From contig NIVC01002360.1 of assembly GCA_002269645.1 (NCBI GenBank), positions 1 through 64,000 on the forward strand: a DNA stretch of 64,000 bases, read 5' to 3'. Below, one piece after another: positions 52,937 through 62,947 of this stretch (positions within the stretch are counted from its first letter, which is position 1; each line of letters opens with the position of its first letter). The DNA is from Macrostomum lignano (taxonomy: Eukaryota). The translations under genes and the position numbers were made by a program. Below the pieces are notes generated by a model that saw only the letters and a list, made by a program, of their open reading frames with translations, searched no databases and had not been told where the DNA came from.

Positions 52937-53276
52937 CATACATGCACAACCTTAGGAATCACCCGGCCGTTTCTATTGGCAACAGATACATGTAAGTCGC
53001 TATTGGACGGAATAGTAGTCACGTGACTGCTCTCAGCCATGTAAGCCGCTTCTAGTAGTATATTACACATGTAATATACGAACAAAATCGGTCCAGCCAT
53101 TTTTTCTCTAATCGATTTCGTACAAACAAACAACTCATTTTTAGTATATAGGATTACACATGTAAGTCGCTATTGGACGGAATAGTAGTCACGTGACTGC
53201 TCTCAGCCAATAGCGACTTACATGTGTGTTGCCAATAGAAACGGCCGAGTGAATCCCAAGGTTGCGCCAAAGCATG
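52937..53276. mobile_element. Foldback non-autonomous element (hAT-like MITE), copy 1
   Basis: ~60-bp inverted arms (52948-53006 and 53207-53263), termini CA...TG, perfect 8-bp TSD ACACGAAG at 52929-52936 and 53277-53284. Internal duplication of the core plus ~115 bp of extra sequence. Confidence 0.8.
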
Positions 53277-53904
53277 ACACGAAGAGTAGCTTATCTGACT
53301 AAAATTTGGTGTTCAGCTATTCAGTTAAAGATCTTCTATAAGAATATTCTATAAAACAAATAGAGGTTCAGATTTTCTGTAAGAAATGAAGCACTATACA
53401 AAATATATTAGCTGAATAGAAGCCATATATTTGCAATAATCTGATTACAACTTGTTAAGAACCTAGAAAGTTTTCAAATAGTTAAAAACTGTATATTGCC
53501 CTAAAAATGTTTTAGATATTTAATTGCTAATATTATAAATGTATAAAATTTGTTTAAAACTTAATTTTAAAAGTATAAAAATCTTTCAATACCTGGCTCA
53601 AAATACTAAAAATGTTTTTATATCATCATTAAAAATGACAAGTTAATAAAAAAATAAATTTAGAAAATACTAGCAATCTAGTGCCCCCCTTCAGGGCACC
53701 TAGTAAGCAAGGAAAAAATGGAAAAATTAAAAAGCGCATTTTCTTAAGAACCAGTTCCTTCTTAAGTTTTAAAAATCACCTCATTCAAGTAAAATTTTCA
53801 TGGGCTATGGTTTGCTATGAATCTCTTTTTTTCTAAAATTAACAAAGACGACAAAATAAAGCTTTCACAAAGATAGCAGACATTCCCTCTAAATAGAAAA
53901 CATA

Positions 53905-54200
53905 ACCAAGAAAGCAAGCATCCCCCCAGATAGCAAGCATCCCCCTAAATACCAAGCATCCCCCAGATAGCAAGCACCCCCCCCACATAGATAGCAAGCA
54001 TCCTGCAAATATCAAGCACCCCTAAATAGCAAGCATCCCTGGATAGAAAGAATCCTTTACATATAGATGCACATAGCTAGTACCTCTCTCTCTCCCAAAT
54101 AGCAAGTACACCCCCTTGAGAGCAAGCATCCCCCGATAGTAAGCACACCCCCTAAATACAATAGCAAGTATCCTTTAGATACCAAGCATTCACTAGACAG
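53905..54200. repeat. Degenerate (T)AGCAAGCATCCCCC-core repeat
   Basis: Direct inspection. Confidence 0.8.
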
Positions 54201-54336
54201 CAAGTAGCTAGTGCAAATATTTCAATTAATAATTCAATAAGCACTTTCTTAGGTAGTGCAATAATTAGTGCAATCCTTGGTCAATCAAGTGCAGTAATCC
54301 TTGGCTTATCAAGCAAAGTAATCCTTGGTTTATCAA

Positions 54337-54538
54337 CATGCTTGGGCACAACCTAGGGATTCACCCGGCCATTTCTATTGACAACACACACATGTAAGTC
54401 GCTATTGGACGGAATAGTAGTCACGTGACTGCTCTTGGACGGAATAGTAGTCACGTGACTGCTCTTCGCCAATAGCGACTTACATGTGTGTGTGTTGCCA
54501 ATAGAAATGGCCAAGTGATTCCCAAGGTTGCGTATGTG
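54337..54538. mobile_element. Foldback non-autonomous element (hAT-like MITE), copy 2
   Basis: Same arms and core as copy 1, with the core tandemly duplicated. 8-bp TSD TTTATCAA at 54329-54336 and 54539-54546. Inserted into a 24-bp tandem repeat. Confidence 0.8.
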
Positions 54539-54965
54539 TTTATCAAGTGCAGTAACTCTTAGTTTATCAAGTACATAATCTGTTGAAATGAACAAGTCAT
54601 GAGCTGAGAGTATGCAAGACAAGACGAAAGTGCCAAGAGCACCAACAACCAACGATACAATTTATTATAAGCGAGGTTCAATAGTAGCCACCCCCATCCC
54701 AGGGCTAAAACACCAACAATGTACATTAAAATCACGATAGAGCAGAGACGTGCAAAGAGTGAGCCATGGACCATGAGTACATGCACAGAGTTAAAAACAC
54801 AAACAATACATAGAGTAAAAGCATACCCCAACCTCACGCACCAGGCCCAACATAATCCTTGGTTTATCAAGTGCAGTAATCCTTGGTCAATCAAGTGCAG
54901 TAATCCTTGGTTTATTAAGCGCATAAAAAAAATTTCACTACTTTTATACACTTTATATACACAAC

Positions 54966-55027
54966 TAAGATTTGAACCCAGGTCGCTGCATTAGCAGTCC
55001 AGTCTGTTCAGCTCTAGGCTAGCTCTC
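54966..55027 (-). other. tRNA-derived relic or SINE head
   Basis: Minus strand GAGCTAGCCTAGAGCTGAACAGACTGGA-CTGCTAA-TGCAGCGACCTGGGTTCAAATC. A-box-like TAGCCTAG, anticodon arm with GCT (4/5 pairs), B-box GGTTCAAATC. No proper acceptor stem. Confidence 0.5.
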
Positions 55028-56491
55028 ATTGAAGTTATTATAAGTGAATTTGTAGCACTTATATAATTCAACACTCATACCAAGTCAAATAGAGTAAAAG
55101 TCACATTAAGCAGTTATGACATTAAAGTTAACAAAATGGTTACGTAATATAAATCAAGTACTGTGCTATGCTTCCACACTTAATGCTGTAACACAATTCA
55201 ATTCACTGTTAAAATTCAGCCAGTATACAGACGATAAATAAAAAGGCTATTATAATGCAATCCATTTTGGAATCATAATTCAACCAGTCAGTTTTTTTTA
55301 GCATTCTTACAATGCATTTCAAGTCAAAAGAGCTGCTTGACCTTTGCAAAAAAAGCATGTTTTTGAATATTTAATCCCTTTAGCATTGAGCAATTTCTTA
55401 GCCACGTTGCATGTACCATCACAAAAAAATTTCTAATCAAACAATGCAAGTTTGAAGAAAATTGGTTGAGCCATTTTTCTAAAACTGATTGAATACCTAG
55501 ATAGATACCAATAGACCATTTTTAGTATTTAGAAAATATTATAAATAGCTAAATAATATAGGGCCTATTAAACTAATATCTTAATTATTAATTATTTATA
55601 TTTATACTTCAATAATTTACCAATAAGATTAGTTTATAAAATGTAAAATAGATTTTTAAAACTTGAATTACTACAGTTTGATCTAATTCATTAAATTTCA
55701 TTAATCATATGACATTATTCATTAAAACTATTCATTAAAATAATAAAATTTCAAGCTCATTTCTATATTCACAAATTATTCTATAATTTATCTGGGAAAA
55801 AAGTAAAATAACTATTAAGGAGGTAAAAGGCTGCTAAGACTCAGAAATATATAATTAATCAAGCAATTGTAAAAACAATGCTAAGATTAAAAAGATTAAG
55901 AATAAAGGAAGGGCTAGATGTCAGTTATTTTAATATAAAACATATGATAAAATTCTATGCATCAAACTTCATCATAGAAAATACTATGAATGTTATTATA
56001 ATTTGCATACTGACAAATATTTTTATATTCAATCTACTGAGCTACATGCTATCAGCATCCTTGAAGCCGAAAAATTTCGTCTTAACTCTAAAGAAACCAG
56101 TATAGCTTTGCTAGAGAGTGCCGTGTCAAATAATCAGTTTATAAGTGTTAAGCTCACTATTCCGTAGTGTAGTCTCGAAACGATCATAACGAAGTTTCAC
56201 AGAACCTACTTTCACAGAATCGCCGAACGGTTTGAACTTTTGTTTTTTACTCAGAAGAACAAGTTTTCGTTAAAGACATAAGAAAAATACGTTTTTTAGT
56301 GATATAAATCAAGAAAGGGGTAAATAAAAAATATATAAATAATATGCATATCTTTTTTGTGTAAAGGACTGTTGCTACGATGTTCCTACTATCTTCAAAG
56401 TTCAAACAATCAGCATCATTAACTTATTTTTCTCACCAAAACAATCTGTGAGAAGATATTTGCTTGAAGTTATGACAACTAGCATGTCCTA

Positions 56492-59400
56492 ATGGGAACA
56501 AGGACGATCGATGACCTTCTCCTTACGCAATACATTAAGGAACTTTCTACAAGTCAGACCATAGTCAAACAATGCGACTCATCGCCGTATAAGCTTCCGC
56601 TAAAGCATACAAACATCCTAGCAACGCATCGAGGGCTTCTGCCACGCCAGTCGGACAGTAGTCAAGACCCTAAAGATCGTAAGTGCAACAGTGCGAGATC
56701 AAGATCTTCAGGTCCGACAGGTATTCAACGAAAGACTCGTCTTTCAGTCGCTGGAAACGGATTAACCGAAGGTGAGTCAAAACAAAGGACAAGAAACAAA
56801 AGCATCGACAGTGAGGAAATCAACGAAGCAGATTTAAACCACGGGAGCCAACGTCGAAGCTCCCATTCAAGGAGCAGAAGAACTAAGTCCAGCGTTCCAG
56901 CATACTTGCAAGTTCCTTCCGTTTATGTCGTCACTGCCTTTATAAACGGTGATAGAAGCAAAAGTGCTCGTGTTTCGGCGCCAAATTTTGAAAAGCTGCT
57001 TGAACAGTGTACCAAAAAGCTCAGATTATCTAGCGCTGCTAGGAAGCTGTTCTTGAGTTCTGGAAAAGAAGTTCCGAGAACTGCAACAATTCCAAGAGGA
57101 ACTGAAATCTATGTCTCCGTTGGCGAAGCTTTTAAAGACCCAGCAAAACTACTAGAGAAGAGACTCAATTTGGGAGCTGATGTCCAATGGACTCTGAACG
57201 GCATCAATCTGCCCAGTGACAGGGAGAGAGAAGCAACCAGACCCGTGTCGACCCCACGCGGCTTGAGTGAACAGGCGACTCGCAGGAGAATACTCATCTT
57301 TCCTAATGGAAAAGGAATCAACGGAATCGAAATACTAGCCAATGTTTCGAATCTTGACGAACTCAAGTACAACTGTACGCTGAAGTTCAACTTTGGTCAG
57401 CACATCAAGCGAATTCTTTTAAATGATGGAGTTGAAGTAGAGAATATTGAGGCAGACATTCCTGAAATTGATCCTCTGCTGAATAATTCTCATGGGACTC
57501 CCCTTTTGGGACCTGTGTGGGCCAGCAAGGGCGAGGACATCAGCCCGATGGGAGTCGAGGAATACCTCCGGGACGTTATTCGATTCGTAAAACAAAAGAG
57601 GAAATTGTCCCGAGACTATCGAAGCCAGCTCAAATTGGTCTACAACTCGGATGACAGAGAGTCTCTGGCTAAGGACAAGAAGCTGACCGATAAAAATATT
57701 CTGTCGATGACCGACGACGAAATTCAGTCGGAGTTGGACAAAGAGGGCGACAAGATCAGGCAGTACAATGCTTTCCTGGAGAATCACGAGCTCATGCTCG
57801 AGTACGTTGAGCCAGAAGCAAAAAATGAGCAAGAAGAGGGAAGCAAATTTACAATGAAGCACATTAGGGCTCTTCCAGAGAACCACTCTCTGGTGTCTGG
57901 CAGCCCAGGTCTTCGAGTGATCGTGTTCATGAATGGCACGGACTCCAATCCTGTCAACGCATTCTTTAACATTCACGAGGCGTCGCGTGGTCTTAAGAAA
58001 GACAAAAACCGCAGGCAGATAATTTTTCAACGCTTTCTGGACAGCTTATCAGCTAATTCTCTGCTAGCCCACAAAAGCAGCAAGTCAAAGGGCATTCTTG
58101 TTCGGCGGGTGTTCACAAAGACTGGAACTGAGATCACGGATGCCATGACAATTGAGCAGGAGCAACAAATCTGGATTTCTCACGGCGAAGACTGGATTGA
58201 CCCGTTCACCTACTGCCTACAGGCCGAGATCAGCAAGGTGACCGAGTGGAAGAAAGGAGACCGCAGGTTTGCCATCGTTCGATCCGAGATGCCGCAGATC
58301 GATGAGAAGACAACCTGGCGAGCGCAGCTCGGCGTTCCAGACAACATCGAGCAGCACATTCTGCCCGAGCCGGAGCCGAGGAACGAAGAGGAGGAAGAGC
58401 CTCAGGAAGAGGAGAAGCTACCAGAGGAATCTGTGCCAGACGATGGTTGCTTCCTGACGAACTCAAAGAATAGGCAACTCTGCCTGTTCGTGGAGCCCGT
58501 AGTTGGGACGCAGCGACAGCCAAAAGAGGCTCCAAACGCTGGTGACGGTGGCGACAAGGCGAAGCACGTGTGGCCGGTGTGGCCTCGAGCAGGCGTTTCT
58601 CAGATCTGGGTTGTGCACAAGAGTGGCCAGATTACCCTGAAGAATTTCAAAATCGCTCTGACCTTGGTCGATGCAGAGATTCAGACCGACTTGCAGGGTG
58701 CGACCATGAGAGGCCGGCTCGTTCAGTTCACTCCTCTGGAAGAAGACCGAGTTCCGGCCGCGCAAAAGTGGGAGTTCGGCAGAGATGGACTGATTTACTC
58801 CCAGATGGAGCCAGGTTTTGTGCTTACGTACCTGGGTGGCTTGTTGGACGAACCCCACACAAGGCCCAAGAATGAGCTGTATGAGTCCAGCTTGAACTAT
58901 CGCAACATGCTAGCCGCCTGCGAGCCACTGTCGTCACGTGACGATGTGAGCGGCAAGTTGCGGGAGCAGCTGGATAAGTACCAACGATTCGGCCTGCGCC
59001 TTAGCAAGTTCGAAAACTTTAGCACCTGGAGGAAGGCCGGCGAGGGCAATGAGAAGTCTGAAAAACACAAGGATCCCAAATGGAGCAAACTGGCTCTACT
59101 CTGGCCAACTGACAAGAATGGTGACCTGATCGAGGATCTTGACTGGCCGCTGGAGTGCCACATGCTGGCTTTCGCTCCTCCGCTCAAAGAGTTCAAGCCA
59201 GAGACTGAGAGCCCAAAACGATTCTTTTGCTTAAAAAACGGCGAGAGAAAGGAGCAGTTCGGTGTGTTCGTCACGGCCCCGGACATGACCAACATGAAGA
59301 AGCAGAAGAAGCAGGGCAAGAAAAAGGGTAGCCGGAAGCGTCAGGCAGCAAGCAGTCAGGAAGAGACGGATTCATTTGTAGTTGATGACTACATTCACGT

Positions 59401-62400
59401 TCCCCATTGCTCAGAGATGACTGTGCAGCAGGTGGAGTTCAAGATCTTCCTGGAGTGCTGCACCAACCTCCTCGGCCTGTCCTCTGCGGCCAGGCGACTT
59501 TTCGATGAGAATGGAATTGAGCACGAATCATTGGAGAAGCTTGAAAAAGACCAAAAACTGTACGTCTCCGTTGGCGAGCCGTGGTCGGATCCGAAGTACT
59601 CGAAGCAGCAGCTGGAAGCCCGATCGATGCTCGTCAAGCTAGCTGAAGATGTTGACAAGATTCGCAGCTTCGTGGCCTTGAAGCAAACTGCGGCACTGGT
59701 GATCACAGCCGAAAGTTTGACCGCCGGCTCGAAGCTCGGCGTGTCCCGGGACCTGCTGACCAAGCGAGAGCGCCGCGCGAAGCAGCTCCAAGAGTCGGAG
59801 AGCCCGCCAGATGCGAACTTTGATTCCAGCAACGAGGATGAGGATGAAGAGGAGGACGAAGGACTCACTGCTCACCAGCGGGCCTGCCGCCGCAGTGACG
59901 CTGAGAAGGTGAGACGCGACGGTCTGAAGTGGCCGTGGGAGAGAATTGTGAACAACGACTTGGATCAAAGCGCTGATGATAGCGCTGAACGGCAGGTGCC
60001 AGACCCGGCGCCGGCGAAAAAACATCGTCAAAACAAGAGTTTGAGTCTGAAGCAGTTTGTTCTGGAAGACGGGTTCATCTCGGCTAGAGAAAATTCCAAT
60101 CTCGTCCTGACTGCCGCTGCCAGCCCAGACGCTCGCGTCCTTGAAGTGTCACTGGAAAAGCGGGCGCCAGACAATTTATTCCAGCGCTGGCAGCTGAATA
60201 ACAACGGCTCAATCGCTCTGAAGTACCGGCCAGGTAATGTTCTCACAGTCAAGCTGCCCACTGTGACACGATTCTCATCCGAGACAGTCGACATAGAGTC
60301 TTCTGTGCTGACTGTGCAGCCGCTGAAGGCATATCAGTTCGGTCGGGCTCACCAGCTGTTCTCCGTTGACAGCCAGCGGTCGACCATCTGCTGCTTCACG
60401 ACAAGCGCTTTGGACGTCGCCGTTACCTCGGCGAACCAGTCTGGCTGCTGCACCTACTATGTGAGCACCGTTAAGGGCGAGAGCCTCGATCAGCCGGGTT
60501 ACATAGCCTACCTGGAGACCAGGCAACAGGAGTCACGAGTTAAGAAATGCTCAGTGTGCGTCTCCTGTGCCAAGTCTCTCCGCGGAAAGTACAAGCTCCA
60601 GAAGATCGCCCCGGGCGCCCGGACGGACTTTGCCTGCGCGTTTGGCAGGGCCAACGAGCTCGGACTGAAGGAGCGTGGCTCCTTCGCAGTACTCAACGAT
60701 AAGATTGACCTGGCCGAAGGAGAGGACAAGGCCACGCTGAAGCGCTGGGAGGATGAGATCCAGGTGCAGCGGAACAAGCTGTCGGTCAAGGCCATTTCTA
60801 ACCGCCTGTCCGAAGCACAAACTCCTCGGCCGATCCGCGTCCTGGCTTATCGCAACGGCGAAGGCCGGCTGTGCAAGCCCGTGCCGGTCTACGGCACCAG
60901 CCTGCAGGGCATCATGGACCAGTGCGCTTCAAAGCTGCGCATTTCCTGGGCGGTGCGCAAGCTCTACCTGGAAGACGGAACCCTGGTGCTGGACTTGGAC
61001 GACCTGCGCAGCTGGTGCGCCACTCACGCTGAGCAGGTGCGTAGGCGGCAGAAGGAAATCGAAGAAGGCCGCCTGCAGCCGGAGATGGACGAAATTCGAG
61101 ACGAGGTGGAGAAGTCAGGGACTCCTAAGGTCGACCCAACACCAGAGAATTCGCCCCGCAGTCCCGAGAAGTCTGTCATCAGTAGACGCGACAGTTTGGA
61201 GCCCAGACTCAAGCAGAAATATTTCGTGATTGGCTCAAACTTTACAACGCCAACTGCCTACACAATGTCCATTAGTCTCTACTCCATTAACTTCCTGGAC
61301 GAGATCCTACCGCAGGAGAGACTCGACTCGGGGGACACCGAAATGATTGTGCGGTACAGCATCTTCGGTCAGACGATTTGCACAGATCCGTTTATCAACG
61401 AGGAAGCGTTCGAGGGCGAGAAGCGCGAGATTCAACTCAAATCAGAGCTGCCGATTCTGCGCCGGTTCTTTAAGGAGAAGTTCAGCCTGATGAAGTTCGA
61501 CCTGGTCCGAATGCCGGAGGAGACGGTGCTGGCCACGAGCTACGTTCCCCTGGACACGCTGGTCCGCGAAGAGCACGAGGAGTTCGTCAACTCCACCAAG
61601 ATCGCGGCCGACTACGCCTGGTACAAAAAGTCGGCCGCGAAGCCGAAGGGCCAGAGAACCCACGCGTCGTTGCACGTGGAGATCAGCATCACCGTGTCCA
61701 TCGACATCGAGGTGGACAATGATGACGAAAGCGGAGATGCTGGCGAGTTGAGAGAAGCTCAGGCGATGCCAAGCGAGGCGGCTGCCCCTGCTGACTCCGA
61801 TACAGCGGAGGAGGCCGGCGCTGATCCAGCAGCAGATGCTGCAGAGTCGCTTCAGGCCGAATCCGCGGTGCTGGAGGACGAGCAACCAGCGCCGGACCCA
61901 CATGAAGTTGTCGTCGAGCTCTGGGCCTCCACTGGAGAGGCCTTCGTGCCGCTGCACCAGGCTCACAGAGAATTCCGCAAGATGGCTCAGCAACGCAAGG
62001 ACCTGCGCCAGGTTCTCAACAGCAAGGATGCCGACAAGCACATACTCAAGATGATGCAGGGCCGCCGACTGCAGGCCCAGGAGCCGGGCACGTTTCGGTC
62101 AACCACCGACCCCCAGAACCCGGTAGTCGTTGAGGGCGGCTGGCAGGCGCCCAAAGGCGAGGAAGTGATGGTTGAACGCGAGATAAGCGAGCTGGAGGGC
62201 AAGGAGGCGAAGATCCGGGAGAAGCACGCAGCCAAGCAGTCTCAGCCGCGCCGTCCCGCGTTCGACTTCGACAGGCAGCTGTACCGACAGTCCAGCATGC
62301 TCCGGCTGCGCGTGTTTGTCAACGGCGAGGATCCGAAGACGGCAACGACAGTCTGGGCTGAGACCGTCCACCAGGTTCTGGACACGGCGACAACTCGACT

Positions 62401-62947
62401 GGGCTTGCGAAAGCCGGCCAAGATTCTCTTCTGCCTCGACGGCAAAGACGTACACGACATCGGGCAGCTGAGCCGGGACCAGCTGCTTTGCGTGTCCAGC
62501 GGCGAGCCCTTCCAGCCACCCGGGTCGGCGCTGGAGACCGTGGAGATCAAAGCCAACTGGGGCCGCGCCAAGCGCCAGTACGGCCCCGGCGCCACCAACT
62601 TCCACGTGCAGGCGCGCGGCCACCCCCTGGTCGGCGTGGACCCGTTCGGGCCGCCGCTGCACGGCGCCAACGCGAAGCCGTCGCCACCGCTGGTGCCGAT
62701 CTACGACAGTCGGCGCGTCCGCGTCTTCGAGAACGGGCGAGCGGTCGGCGAGCCGGAGAGCGTCTTTGGCGACTCGCTGGAGGCCCTGCTGTCGGCCGCC
62801 ACCAAGCGACTGAAGCTGCGCAATCCGGCCGTCTGCTTCTACAACGAGGAGGGCCACCGGGTGCTCAGCTTCAACGAGATATCGCGCGATGACTTGCTGT
62901 ACGCGTCCACCACCAACAAGGGCTTCATCCGGCCGGAGAGGCGCTGA
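56492..62947 (+). CDS. DCDC1: DCDC1/DCDC5-like protein: about seven doublecortin-like repeats, two ricin-B-like repeats and a putative CEP120-type C2 insert; single exon, 2151 aa
   Basis: Uninterrupted 6456-nt ORF. Repeated DCX signatures (xxF/YxNG...LxxxT.KL.L...RxLF..G...Y/WVS.GE.F). Ricin-type QKWEFGRDGLIYSQ and FQRWQLNNNGSI. Confidence 0.88.
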   Translation: MGTRTIDDLLLTQYIKELSTSQTIVKQCDSSPYKLPLKHTNILATHRGLLPRQSDSSQDPKDRKCNSARSRSSGPTGIQRKTRLSVAGNGLTEGESKQRTRNKSIDSEEINEADLNHGSQRRSSHSRSRRTKSSVPAYLQVPSVYVVTAFINGDRSKSARVSAPNFEKLLEQCTKKLRLSSAARKLFLSSGKEVPRTATIPRGTEIYVSVGEAFKDPAKLLEKRLNLGADVQWTLNGINLPSDREREATRPVSTPRGLSEQATRRRILIFPNGKGINGIEILANVSNLDELKYNCTLKFNFGQHIKRILLNDGVEVENIEADIPEIDPLLNNSHGTPLLGPVWASKGEDISPMGVEEYLRDVIRFVKQKRKLSRDYRSQLKLVYNSDDRESLAKDKKLTDKNILSMTDDEIQSELDKEGDKIRQYNAFLENHELMLEYVEPEAKNEQEEGSKFTMKHIRALPENHSLVSGSPGLRVIVFMNGTDSNPVNAFFNIHEASRGLKKDKNRRQIIFQRFLDSLSANSLLAHKSSKSKGILVRRVFTKTGTEITDAMTIEQEQQIWISHGEDWIDPFTYCLQAEISKVTEWKKGDRRFAIVRSEMPQIDEKTTWRAQLGVPDNIEQHILPEPEPRNEEEEEPQEEEKLPEESVPDDGCFLTNSKNRQLCLFVEPVVGTQRQPKEAPNAGDGGDKAKHVWPVWPRAGVSQIWVVHKSGQITLKNFKIALTLVDAEIQTDLQGATMRGRLVQFTPLEEDRVPAAQKWEFGRDGLIYSQMEPGFVLTYLGGLLDEPHTRPKNELYESSLNYRNMLAACEPLSSRDDVSGKLREQLDKYQRFGLRLSKFENFSTWRKAGEGNEKSEKHKDPKWSKLALLWPTDKNGDLIEDLDWPLECHMLAFAPPLKEFKPETESPKRFFCLKNGERKEQFGVFVTAPDMTNMKKQKKQGKKKGSRKRQAASSQEETDSFVVDDYIHVPHCSEMTVQQVEFKIFLECCTNLLGLSSAARRLFDENGIEHESLEKLEKDQKLYVSVGEPWSDPKYSKQQLEARSMLVKLAEDVDKIRSFVALKQTAALVITAESLTAGSKLGVSRDLLTKRERRAKQLQESESPPDANFDSSNEDEDEEEDEGLTAHQRACRRSDAEKVRRDGLKWPWERIVNNDLDQSADDSAERQVPDPAPAKKHRQNKSLSLKQFVLEDGFISARENSNLVLTAAASPDARVLEVSLEKRAPDNLFQRWQLNNNGSIALKYRPGNVLTVKLPTVTRFSSETVDIESSVLTVQPLKAYQFGRAHQLFSVDSQRSTICCFTTSALDVAVTSANQSGCCTYYVSTVKGESLDQPGYIAYLETRQQESRVKKCSVCVSCAKSLRGKYKLQKIAPGARTDFACAFGRANELGLKERGSFAVLNDKIDLAEGEDKATLKRWEDEIQVQRNKLSVKAISNRLSEAQTPRPIRVLAYRNGEGRLCKPVPVYGTSLQGIMDQCASKLRISWAVRKLYLEDGTLVLDLDDLRSWCATHAEQVRRRQKEIEEGRLQPEMDEIRDEVEKSGTPKVDPTPENSPRSPEKSVISRRDSLEPRLKQKYFVIGSNFTTPTAYTMSISLYSINFLDEILPQERLDSGDTEMIVRYSIFGQTICTDPFINEEAFEGEKREIQLKSELPILRRFFKEKFSLMKFDLVRMPEETVLATSYVPLDTLVREEHEEFVNSTKIAADYAWYKKSAAKPKGQRTHASLHVEISITVSIDIEVDNDDESGDAGELREAQAMPSEAAAPADSDTAEEAGADPAADAAESLQAESAVLEDEQPAPDPHEVVVELWASTGEAFVPLHQAHREFRKMAQQRKDLRQVLNSKDADKHILKMMQGRRLQAQEPGTFRSTTDPQNPVVVEGGWQAPKGEEVMVEREISELEGKEAKIREKHAAKQSQPRRPAFDFDRQLYRQSSMLRLRVFVNGEDPKTATTVWAETVHQVLDTATTRLGLRKPAKILFCLDGKDVHDIGQLSRDQLLCVSSGEPFQPPGSALETVEIKANWGRAKRQYGPGATNFHVQARGHPLVGVDPFGPPLHGANAKPSPPLVPIYDSRRVRVFENGRAVGEPESVFGDSLEALLSAATKRLKLRNPAVCFYNEEGHRVLSFNEISRDDLLYASTTNKGFIRPERR

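Noticed and set aside
54600-54640. Second hammerhead (CTGAGAG...GACGAAA)
   Set aside because: The core does not fit CUGANGA and no stem II forms.
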